DNA from: an uncultured candidate division Zixibacteria bacterium
GTDB lineage: Bacteria > Zixibacteria > MSB-5A5 > GN15 > FEB-12
DNA: 64,000 nucleotides
NCBI GenBank assembly: GCA_963664195.1
Contig: OY760907.1
Span: 3,776,353 to 3,840,352, forward strand
Direction of reading: 5' to 3'
Under the pieces are notes generated by a model. It was not told where the DNA came from, ran no database searches, and saw only the letters and a program-made list of their open reading frames with translations. Positions 48,660-57,421 of the stretch are shown piece after piece. The first letter of the stretch is position 1; every line of letters starts with the position of its first letter. A program made the translations under genes and the position numbers.

Positions 48660-51600
48660 ATGAAAAAAACATTTTCCATCATAGTCCTGGCCCTGGTAGG
48701 ACTCCTTGCCGTCGAAACCGGCGCCCAGGAGACGTACTTCGGCAAAAACAAGGTACGCTATAAGGATTTCGACTGGAACTTCATCCAGACGCGCCATTTC
48801 GATATCCATTTCTATGAGAACGCCTACCCGGTGGCCAAATTCTGCGCGATGGTCATGGAATCATCGTACGTCGAAATCAGCGAGGAATTGAATTACAAAA
48901 TACAGAATCGCATCCCTGTATTCGTGTATAACTCGCACAACGATTTCCAGCAGACGAATATCATCCCGAACCTGCTCCCCGAAGGGGTGGGCGGCTTCAC
49001 CGAGTCACTCAAGAAGCGGATCGTAATACCATTCGACGGCTCGTACGAGGAATTCCGCCACGTGTTGCATCACGAGCTGGTTCACGGCGTTGTCAACGAC
49101 ATCCTCTTTGGCAATGCGTTTTCATCGATGCTTTCCCGCCGTCGCATTTTCGACCTGCCGCTCTGGTTCAACGAGGGACTGGCCGAGTACTCTTCTCGCC
49201 ACGGCTGGGACTACATGTCGGATATGTTCATGCGGGACGCCACCATCAACGGCTACCTGCGACCTCCCGCATACCTCTACGGTTTCCTGGCGTATCGCCA
49301 GGGACAGGCCATGATCAAATACATTGCGGATAAATACGGTGAGGACAAACTCGGCGAGATTATTCACAAGGGCAAAATCCATCTGACGATGAGCAAAACG
49401 CTCGAGGCCGCCATCGGGATCGACGAGGAAGAGTTCTGGGAAGATTTCCAGAAGGAAATGAAACGTCGATACTGGCCCGATATCGCCGAACGCAAAGAAG
49501 CCGACGAAACAGGCAAACAGCTCACCCACGCCCGTGAAGACGGATCTTACTTCAACGAAAAGCCAGTGTACTCCCCGGATGGCGACAAGATTGCCATTTT
49601 CACCGATCAGTCAGATTTCACCGAAATCGTGCTGATCGACGCCTACGAGGGAAAGATACTCAAGCGGCTGGTCAAGTCGTCTCGCTCCGGCGATCTTGAA
49701 TCGCTGCACTCTTACGTATCGGGCGTGTCCTTCTCCCCCGACGGCAAAGACCTCGTGTTCGTCGCCAAGTCACAGGGCAAAGAGGCTATCTTCTTCCTGG
49801 ATATCAAGTCCACCCATATCTACTTGAAGAAGCGGTTTGACTATTACAATATCCTTTCACCGGCCTGGTCACCCGACGGCAAGAAGGTCGCTTTCTCGGC
49901 TCTCGAAGGCCACAAGCGTGACTTGTACGTGTATGACATTGAGGCGGACCAGGTGCACAAAATCACCGATGATAGATACGACGACAAAGAAGCCAGCTGG
50001 ATGCCGAATTCGGAAGCGTTGATATTCTCATCTGATCGCCCCCACCCGGACAACCCGGTGCTGGACCGCGAAGGACACCCCTACGTGCGATCCGCCGGGG
50101 CCTACATGCCGGGCGATTTTGTGTACGGCACCTATAACATTTTCAAAATCGACGTGAACTCAAAACGCATCAATCCCGTTCTCGTAGGACCCGGACCGAA
50201 TCTCCGTCCGGAAGTCTCCCCCGACGGTGAAAAGATTGCCTTCGTCTCAACTCGCAATGGTATCGACAATCTCTACGTCGCCTATCTCGACGGTTCAAAA
50301 CACTTTGCGGTGACTGATATTCTCACCGGAGTGAGATCGGTATCGTGGTCCCCCGAAGGCGACAGGCTCGCATATTCAGCATTCTTCAGGGGCGGCTATG
50401 ATATCTTCGTTCTGCAGGATATTGTCCCCGTCGGCGAGGATGGCGTCCTGAAACCAACCGCCTTCGTACGCGGTGAATACGACCTCCTGAGTGATGACAA
50501 GGACGAAAAGAAGTCCGACGTCGAGTCTGAACCGGTGGCCGCAGCCGCTGATGACGAAGCCACGGATGAGACTGTCGCAGTCGTCGAAAACACCGACGCA
50601 GACACCACGGCTACCGGGGAAATTGCGGCGATCACCGACACAGCGCCTGAAGCCGACACTACCGCCACAGAGGGAAAAGCAGACGACTCCACAGTCGTTA
50701 CCGAGACCGGCATCTACGAGGATGAGTTTGTGTTTGTCTCCGATGATGCGGGTGAGAAAAGCGCCCTTGAGCGGGTAATGACCGAAATCCCGGGCGACTC
50801 CGCCTATTTGGCCGCCAAAATGGAAGAGCCCGCTTCGTTTGATTCGATTCCTGCTCTGCTTCCCTCTGGCGAATACAAAATCAACAAGTACAAGATAAAG
50901 TTCACGCCCGACTTTGTCGGCGGCGGATTCAACTACGATACGTTCTTCGGTGTGCGCGGCCAGACGTATTTCGTTTTCTCGGATTACCTCGGCAACCACC
51001 AGATTTACCTCGCCACGGATATCGTCAACACGATTGACCAGTCCTACATTCAGGCGTTTTACTTCAACAACAAGCGCCGGACCAATCTTGGAGTTGGACT
51101 GTTCCACTCGAAAAACTACTACGAGGACACGTACGACAATCTGTTCTCGGACCGTTTCTACGGTTTCCAGGCATTCGCCCGAAGGCCGTTCTCGATGTTC
51201 GGTCGGTTGGAGCTTTCTCTCTCGCAATTCTTCATCGACCGCAAGTACCATGACTACCCGGCTCCGTACGAAAACCGCAATTCAAAAGTGTCGGTCCTTT
51301 CGGGCGCGTATGTTTTCGACAACGTTTTGTGGGGCTACACGGCACCGATGAACGGCACGCGTGCCAAAGTCACGTTTGACGTTGGCAAAGACATTTTCGA
51401 TTGGGAAGAGATCTCGTTCTATTCGGTCGGCGCGGACTATCGCAAATACTGGCACCTCGGGGAGGTTTCATCGATGGCCTTCCGCGTATCGGGCGGAGCG
51501 TCATTCGGACGAACCCCGAAACGGTATTGGGTGGGAGGCACCACCAACTGGATAGGAAGTCGCACGCTTGACGCCACCGTGTATGAAGTGGAGAATCTGT

Positions 51601-51983
51601 ATTTCTCCGATGTCGTCACGCCGTTGCGCGGGCAGAAGTATTACGGACTCTCGGGTGACCGGTACGCCTTGATAAACTGGGAGTTGCGCTTCCCGACGAT
51701 TCAGCTTCTCGCCCTGAAGTACCCCCTGCCGCTGGTGTTGAGCAACGTGACCGGCGCGGTGTTTGTGGATATGGGAGCAGCCTGGGACGGTTCCGATTTC
51801 AAACTCGGTTCCTCAGCCTCAGGACACAGCCGATTCGAGGACGTGAAGACCGGCTTTGGATTTGGCATACGAATGAACTTCTTCGGCTTTGCGCTGCTTC
51901 GTTATGACCTGGCGTGGGCGACCGATTTCTACGACATCTCGAACAAGCCGACGTCATACTTCTCTTTCGGGGCAGACTTCTAA
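48660..51983 (+). CDS. Outer-membrane protein: zincin-like peptidase + PD40/TolB-like propeller + Omp85-type barrel
   Basis: Signal peptide; HELVH...PLWFNEGLAEY; repeated SPDG motifs; LRG loop motif and C-terminal YFSFGADF. Confidence 0.85.
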   Translation: MKKTFSIIVLALVGLLAVETGAQETYFGKNKVRYKDFDWNFIQTRHFDIHFYENAYPVAKFCAMVMESSYVEISEELNYKIQNRIPVFVYNSHNDFQQTNIIPNLLPEGVGGFTESLKKRIVIPFDGSYEEFRHVLHHELVHGVVNDILFGNAFSSMLSRRRIFDLPLWFNEGLAEYSSRHGWDYMSDMFMRDATINGYLRPPAYLYGFLAYRQGQAMIKYIADKYGEDKLGEIIHKGKIHLTMSKTLEAAIGIDEEEFWEDFQKEMKRRYWPDIAERKEADETGKQLTHAREDGSYFNEKPVYSPDGDKIAIFTDQSDFTEIVLIDAYEGKILKRLVKSSRSGDLESLHSYVSGVSFSPDGKDLVFVAKSQGKEAIFFLDIKSTHIYLKKRFDYYNILSPAWSPDGKKVAFSALEGHKRDLYVYDIEADQVHKITDDRYDDKEASWMPNSEALIFSSDRPHPDNPVLDREGHPYVRSAGAYMPGDFVYGTYNIFKIDVNSKRINPVLVGPGPNLRPEVSPDGEKIAFVSTRNGIDNLYVAYLDGSKHFAVTDILTGVRSVSWSPEGDRLAYSAFFRGGYDIFVLQDIVPVGEDGVLKPTAFVRGEYDLLSDDKDEKKSDVESEPVAAAADDEATDETVAVVENTDADTTATGEIAAITDTAPEADTTATEGKADDSTVVTETGIYEDEFVFVSDDAGEKSALERVMTEIPGDSAYLAAKMEEPASFDSIPALLPSGEYKINKYKIKFTPDFVGGGFNYDTFFGVRGQTYFVFSDYLGNHQIYLATDIVNTIDQSYIQAFYFNNKRRTNLGVGLFHSKNYYEDTYDNLFSDRFYGFQAFARRPFSMFGRLELSLSQFFIDRKYHDYPAPYENRNSKVSVLSGAYVFDNVLWGYTAPMNGTRAKVTFDVGKDIFDWEEISFYSVGADYRKYWHLGEVSSMAFRVSGGASFGRTPKRYWVGGTTNWIGSRTLDATVYEVENLYFSDVVTPLRGQKYYGLSGDRYALINWELRFPTIQLLALKYPLPLVLSNVTGAVFVDMGAAWDGSDFKLGSSASGHSRFEDVKTGFGFGIRMNFFGFALLRYDLAWATDFYDISNKPTSYFSFGADF

Positions 51984-52000
51984 GGACACGTACAGAAGAC

Positions 52001-52037
52001 AAAAAGGGCGAGTGGATATCCGCTCGCCCTTTTCTTT
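52001..52037 (+). terminator. Rho-independent terminator
   Basis: AAAAGGGCGAGTGG-atat-CCGCTCGCCCTTTT. Confidence 0.85.
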
Positions 52038-52108
52038 CTCGGGCCCTACCTTGATCGGCAGGGTTCCATCCCTGCCGATTTGCGGTGCTGTAGGATAGCT
52101 CCCGCTAA

Positions 52109-52155
52109 CAATCGCGTCACACAGACAATCGCGTCACATTGGCAATCGCGTCACA
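52109..52155 (+). repeat. Three tandem copies of CAATCGCGTCACA, 17-bp period
   Basis: Copies at 52109, 52126, 52143. Confidence 0.9.
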
Positions 52156-52337
52156 CTGAGCCTGTCGAAGTGTGCACAGCGCGATTGAGCTTTGTACCCG
52201 GCAGACGCCATCGACACAGCGTGTCCTAGTCTGCCCAGTGCCTCACCCCTTGTATGTGTCGTAAGACGACAGCGACACGGTGTGCTGTGGGCGGCAGACG
52301 TGTCGTCTGCCCCAGCCTCTCGTACTTTGCAATCTTA

Positions 52338-52365
52338 TTGACAATCACACACTATTGTGTATATT
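52338..52365 (+). promoter_or_regulatory. Sigma70 promoter with embedded palindrome
   Basis: TTGACA-N16-TATATT; ACACA-CTAT-TGTGT in the spacer. Confidence 0.65.
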
Positions 52366-52709
52366 AAAGGCGGTCTTAACCCAACACACTTGACGCTGAT
52401 TCGGGAGCGATGTGTGATCATCAAGGAAGACTGGAAACCCGAGGCAAGCCTCGGGCCACCCGACCAACGTGTATCTTAAAGGCAACTATAGATAACCGGC
52501 CAGAAGTGCTCATTTGGAAGGAACATCAGATCATCAGGCGGCAACCAAGAGACTACCGCGAACGGATGGACCACCCGGCCCCACAACAACATGATAGATA
52601 AGAGCGCCGAATTGCGAAAGTACCGAGACTTCAGAAGAAAGGGAATGCCTGTCCTCTGCGGATTGCCATCCCCCGTGCTTGCAGATATGAAAGCAAACGT
52701 GGTCGCTTG

Positions 52710-53495
52710 ATGTCAATGCTTGATGAACATTTCGCAGCCCGATTGAACTTACTACCTGATGCCCGTGAAGTCGTCGATGAACTGTTCGCTGCAGCTCGCA
52801 ATAACTCGGAGGCGCGACTATTCACTGCGGTAGTCGATGTGGAGCGATGGATTCACGACGACAAGAAGCTTCTGACCTGTCAAATGCTAAATCACTGGGT
52901 AGTGCAGCAATTCGCAGAGTACTTCAGCCAAGTCAATGTACGTATCGAAAAGCTACCGGACCAATCGATGGGGAATCTATTCAGAAGACTTCAGATGCTT
53001 GCTTATAGTCAGTTCTGGGAGTGTCATTCAATCCAAAGATTACTGAGGCAACTCGTGCAAATTGCTGAGGGAAAGGAGTATGACCCTCGCCTCCTAATGG
53101 ACAATCGACCAAAGACGGCAAATATATATGAGTGGCTAGTCGCACATGCGAAGAGCTTGAAGCTGACACTTGCCGAATTCCTGACAAGTGTTTACTCTAA
53201 CCAGATAAGAAATGCTTTTGCCCATAGTCAGTTTTGTGTACTTGGCGAATTCATTTCCTTTTTCAATCACAATCCGAGTATTGATAGTCACGTTCCTTCC
53301 TTGAAGCTGGACACATGGGACGAGCTGTTTCGGATCACCAGCGATTTCATTATAGCGTTCTTTGAAGCGCGCCGTACATTAGAGAGAGAATTGATGTCAA
53401 AGACTCCCTACCGAGTCGAACTGCCAGAATTCGGCGGTCCATTCAATCTTGCTAGAGATGGCCGGGGCTACTGGTCAGCACGACCCGCTTCATAG
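52710..53495 (+). CDS. Hypothetical helical protein with RxxxxH (HEPN-like) motif
   Basis: IRNAFAHS motif; visibly AT-rich relative to neighbours; start 52707, 52710 or 52716. Confidence 0.7.
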   Translation: MSMLDEHFAARLNLLPDAREVVDELFAAARNNSEARLFTAVVDVERWIHDDKKLLTCQMLNHWVVQQFAEYFSQVNVRIEKLPDQSMGNLFRRLQMLAYSQFWECHSIQRLLRQLVQIAEGKEYDPRLLMDNRPKTANIYEWLVAHAKSLKLTLAEFLTSVYSNQIRNAFAHSQFCVLGEFISFFNHNPSIDSHVPSLKLDTWDELFRITSDFIIAFFEARRTLERELMSKTPYRVELPEFGGPFNLARDGRGYWSARPAS

Positions 53496-53501
53496 AGAAT
53501 T

Positions 53502-53595
53502 CTGTGGGCGGCAGACGCCCTCGTCTGCCCCAGCCTCAACCCGGAGATGCAGACTTCTGCTACAAGCGGGCACACGGGGGCGTGTGCCGCGCACG
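53502..53595. repeat. Inverted pair of GCGGCA(G/C)ACG REP-like palindromes
   Basis: GCGGCAGACGccctCGTCTGCC and, on minus, GCGGCACACGccccCGTGTGCC (compensatory change). Confidence 0.75.
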
Positions 53596-53766
53596 TAAAC
53601 ATCTGTGATTCGGAGTCGGAGTACCGGCCAATCGAGTAGCGCACACTTCGACAGGCTCAGCGTGACTCGATTGCCCCTCGCAGGTCTAAGGACAGTCATT
53701 CACTGCAGTGACCCCGGCTTCTTGACCTGCATTCTACGGAACGAAATCCGCAATCCCCCCCAATAG

Positions 53767-53794
53767 AAAACGCGACCGGTTACCCGATCGCGTT
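53767..53794 (-). terminator. Terminator downstream of Lon-like gene
   Basis: Minus strand AACGCGATCGG-gtaa-CCGGTCGCGTTTT. Confidence 0.7.
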
Positions 53795-53912
53795 CCCCAC
53801 TTTAGCGTTGCGCATTGAACTTAACGTTCGGTCAAAACATACGTTGGCCACCCCGTAAGTCAAGCGAAAAATCAACCTGCAGGAAGCCTTTTACAGGGAG
53901 ATTGAAGCATCT

Positions 53913-56438
53913 CTATTTTTTCCGCGCTTTGCGCTTTTTTCCCTTTGACTCTTTCTCCCCTTCCGGCTCGTCGCCGTCCTCCGACGCAGACTTAGTAACG
54001 TCCCGTCCGAACCGCTCGAGCGTCAGGGCCATCTCACGAAGTTTGTCGTCAACCTTCGCAAACACCGAGTCCTTCGTGAAGCCACCACGCGCCAGTCGAC
54101 GTCCTCCCGGCACTCCAGTCAGGACCTCTATCCCCTCGCTGATCGACTTCACCGGGTAGATATGGAACTTGCCGGCGCTGACGGCCTCCATGACGTCCGG
54201 TCTGAGCAGAAGATCCTGCACGTTCTGATGGGGCATCATCACGCCCTGGTGCCCTGTCAATCGACGGCTCTTGCAGACGTCGTAGAAGCCTTCGATCTTT
54301 TCGTTGATACCGCCAATCGGCTGAATCTCCCCCTTCTGGTTGACGGACCCGGTCACGGCTATCCCCTGCTTGATCGGCAGACCGGTCAGCGATGACAGAA
54401 TGCCGTAGATCTCGGTCGAAGAAGCCGAGTCACCGTCGACACCCGAGTACGACTGCTCAAAGGAAATCGAGGCCGACATCGCCATCGGCTTATCCTGAGC
54501 AAACATGTGACGAATGAAGCCGCTGAGAATCCCTACTCCCTTGTTGTGCAGGGGGCCGGAAAGGTCAGCGTCGCGCTCGATATTGATCACGCCCCCCTTG
54601 CCTATGGAAGTGTTGACCGTGATGCGGGTCGGTCGCCCAAACTGGTACTCGCCGATATTGTACACCGAAAGCCCGTTGATCTGGCCGACTTCGGTCCCAG
54701 AGGTAGAAACCATCAGTGTCTCGGTGTCATACATTTCCTGAATCTTATCCTCGATCATATTCACGCGGTTGCGGCGATTGACCACCGCGCAGTAGACATC
54801 CTTCCGGCGGACACGTTTGGCCTTGCGCTGGCGGGCACAGTAGGCCGCCTCACGAATCATGTCGCTCAGGGCGGTGAACCGCACCGAGAGTTTCTTGCGA
54901 TGATGCGACAACTTGCGGCCGTATTCAACCATCGCCTGCATTCCGGAGATATCAAAGGTCAGGAGGTTATCTTCATCAATCACTCGACGTATGAACCGGT
55001 AATAATTCCTGATGTTCTTGCGATTGAACTCCATGACAGTGTCAAACTCGGCTTTGACCTTGAATACTTTCTTGAAGTCCTCATCCATCCCCCACAGCAC
55101 CTGGTAGATGTGAGCATCGCCGATAAGCACGACCTTGACACTCAACGGGATCGGCTCGGGTTTGATTCCGGAGCCGGCCATCATCGAAAGCGGATCGTAA
55201 CCCGCGATCTCAAGCTCACCGTTTCTCAAGGCACGCTTAAGAGATACCCACACGCCCGGCTCAGTGAGAACATCCATGGCATTCATCACCAAAAAACCGC
55301 CGGCAGCCTTGAGAAGCGAACCGGAGAAAATGCGGGAGAAGTCTGTGCGCCAGTATCCAAACCGGTCCACGACACGTTCCAGAGAACCGAACAGATTCTT
55401 GTAAGTGGGAGACTTCTCGATTACAACCGGCGCCCCCTGCGTTTCGGCATTGTCCAGTATCAGGTTGACCGTAAACTCCTCAAACGGCTCGCGCTTCCGG
55501 AACGACGGCGCCTCTTCCTCACCCCGTCGAGGGCGTGCCTCACGGAACCGATCCAGATCGTTGAGCAGCCCGTTTTCGACCTCCTCCAGATAGGCCACCA
55601 CCGCGTCCTCAGGGTACCGCTTCTTCAAAAGATTCACCTTGTCGGTGACCAGCGGCGCCACCATCGAGTAGTCCAACTTCTCGATGCCGTCTTCAAGCTT
55701 GGATGACAGCTTCTTGGACTCCACGGTAGTGGCATCGAACTCCCGGCGGAGGCTGTCCCATTTGCGACGGATCTCATCCAATCGCGGCAGGGCGAACTTA
55801 CCCTCTTTGGACAGGCGCTCAAGCTTCTCAATCGAAGTGGGCTCCTCGTCAATGAGCGGTTGAATCTCGTTGCGAACACCCGTACCGGACTGTATCTGCA
55901 CCATGACGAAACCGGCACCGGTGAGCTTTTCATCAAAACCGTTCACAAGCTCTTTCTGGCGATTCTCGAACTCGCGAACCACACGGCTGTGACGGTCCTT
56001 GTAATCACTGGAGAGGAATATCTTCGGCACTACCTTGCGCAACGATCCGATCAGATACTCCATGTCTTTCTTGAACCGACGTCCCTCGCCCAACTTGAAC
56101 GTGAGGACTTTCGGACGGTCGACGATCTTGAAATTGTTCACATAGCAAATGTCGGTCAAGACCGGCGTATCATGGTCAAGCTGTTTGAGCAGGTGACTGA
56201 TAGTGGTCGTGCGACCGGTGCCCGGCAGGCCGGTGACAAATACGTTGTAGCCCCGGCTGGGGACATTAAGCCCGAGATGGATTGACTCCACTGCGCGCTG
56301 TTGACCGATAATCTCTCCGCACGGTTCACAATCCTCCGAGCAGGCTATCTTTGGTGGCGCATAGGAAACGGTATAGTCTATGTCCTTGAGTGTGAGCTCG
56401 CGGATTTTCTGCCCCTTCGATTGCTTTTTTGTCGGCAT
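53913..56438 (-). CDS. Lon-family (LonB/LonC-like) ATP-dependent protease
   Basis: IIGQQRA, GLPGTGRT, GQINGL, FEQSY..VDGDSAS, GGINEKIEGF (Ser-Lys dyad). Confidence 0.93.
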   Translation of the reverse strand: MPTKKQSKGQKIRELTLKDIDYTVSYAPPKIACSEDCEPCGEIIGQQRAVESIHLGLNVPSRGYNVFVTGLPGTGRTTTISHLLKQLDHDTPVLTDICYVNNFKIVDRPKVLTFKLGEGRRFKKDMEYLIGSLRKVVPKIFLSSDYKDRHSRVVREFENRQKELVNGFDEKLTGAGFVMVQIQSGTGVRNEIQPLIDEEPTSIEKLERLSKEGKFALPRLDEIRRKWDSLRREFDATTVESKKLSSKLEDGIEKLDYSMVAPLVTDKVNLLKKRYPEDAVVAYLEEVENGLLNDLDRFREARPRRGEEEAPSFRKREPFEEFTVNLILDNAETQGAPVVIEKSPTYKNLFGSLERVVDRFGYWRTDFSRIFSGSLLKAAGGFLVMNAMDVLTEPGVWVSLKRALRNGELEIAGYDPLSMMAGSGIKPEPIPLSVKVVLIGDAHIYQVLWGMDEDFKKVFKVKAEFDTVMEFNRKNIRNYYRFIRRVIDEDNLLTFDISGMQAMVEYGRKLSHHRKKLSVRFTALSDMIREAAYCARQRKAKRVRRKDVYCAVVNRRNRVNMIEDKIQEMYDTETLMVSTSGTEVGQINGLSVYNIGEYQFGRPTRITVNTSIGKGGVINIERDADLSGPLHNKGVGILSGFIRHMFAQDKPMAMSASISFEQSYSGVDGDSASSTEIYGILSSLTGLPIKQGIAVTGSVNQKGEIQPIGGINEKIEGFYDVCKSRRLTGHQGVMMPHQNVQDLLLRPDVMEAVSAGKFHIYPVKSISEGIEVLTGVPGGRRLARGGFTKDSVFAKVDDKLREMALTLERFGRDVTKSASEDGDEPEGEKESKGKKRKARKK

Positions 56439-56564
56439 TCTGCCTCCCTTGTCACGGCGCGTATTTGGCGCAATATAGAATCCCCCGGCAAAGAATGAAA
56501 TTTAAAACTTAGCGCGCGAACTTTGCTCTGGTTTCCTGCCACAATCGACTTTATACTGCCTAAC

Positions 56565-56951
56565 GTGACTGACTTTACTACCGGATATCCATGGTTGGCA
56601 ATCGCCGTAGTGATACTGCTTTGCTGGGGCTTCTGGACCTATTCACGAGCGCACAAGCTGGAGCGGATTATGCGGGCACTGATCGAAGCCGATGACCGGG
56701 CGTTGTTGTTTTATGACGAACACAATCGACTTGTGTTTTACAGCTCGGGTTTGGTCATTTTCGATAAGAATTCTCTAAAACAGATTCGCACCCTTTCCAG
56801 ACGCCCCCAGGTGAACCATGAATTGACCGGAGAGATGTCTATCGATGGCAACCGCTACCGTTACCGGAGCAAACTGCTTGAGTATCGGCCCGGAAAAGCC
56901 GGAACGGCGGTATATTTGCAGTACTTGAGGTCAGAAACTGCCGTAGATTAG
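56565..56951 (+). CDS. Small membrane-anchored hypothetical protein
   Basis: One N-terminal TM helix then a PAS-like-looking segment; GTG start at 56565 chosen (56523 possible). Confidence 0.6.
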   Translation: MTDFTTGYPWLAIAVVILLCWGFWTYSRAHKLERIMRALIEADDRALLFYDEHNRLVFYSSGLVIFDKNSLKQIRTLSRRPQVNHELTGEMSIDGNRYRYRSKLLEYRPGKAGTAVYLQYLRSETAVD

Positions 56952-57107
56952 CGCCATTTTGGCAGGTCAATTTGTTTCAGACTGGATCACATTCTTGAAA
57001 TAATCAAAAAAAAGATGGCTCTGGCGATTTCCACTAAGCTCTTTCATGGCATGGGATTAACCGGGGGCGCATTCGTAACTTACTGTTTCCCAACAACTTA
57101 AATTGGC

Positions 57108-57137
57108 TTGACAGGAGTATTTGAACTTCAGTATATA
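57108..57137 (+). promoter_or_regulatory. Sigma70 promoter of tRNA-Glu
   Basis: TTGACA-N18-TATATA. Confidence 0.6.
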
Positions 57138-57173
57138 CGGGCGATGCTACGCTTTAGCATTGCGCATTGAATC

Positions 57174-57245
57174 GGCGGTATCGTCTAGTGGTTAGGACGG
57201 ATGGTTCTCAGCCATCAAGCCGGGGTTCGATTCCCCGTACCGCTA
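57174..57245 (+). tRNA. tRNA-Glu(CTC)
   Basis: GGCGGTATCGTCTAGTGGTTAGGAC...GATGG-TTCTCAG-CCATC...GGTTCGATTCC...TACCGCTA. Confidence 0.95.
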
Positions 57246-57421
57246 AAGACGGAGACGCGTAAGGGTGAGGTTCTGATCCCTGTGTAACCTCGCCCTTACT
57301 GTCCCTTCTTCCTCCCTCCTGAAAAGCATTCATTGACCGCTTGGATTGGGGCGTTTCGGTTTCCCCCGTTCGCTTGGCCCCTGACAGTTCCTGTCTTACG
57401 ATATCAAGGGGCGGGATATCA

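Larger units (their letters stand above)
52141..53675. mobile_element. Putative repeat-bounded cassette carrying one orphan ORF
   Basis: 35-bp inverted repeats 52141-52175 / 53641-53675 (33/35 identical); inner direct repeats 52285-52319 / 53502-53537; no transposase seen. Confidence 0.4.

Noticed and set aside
52109..52320. Possible CRISPR array or type III antitoxin repeat array
   Set aside because: Repeats are 13 bp with 4-bp gaps, with no spacer-sized unique sequences and no cas genes
52410..52601. 63-aa ORF in frame with the HEPN-like ORF (possible antitoxin or read-through)
   Set aside because: Crosses a REP hairpin and the composition is not protein-like; no supporting motif
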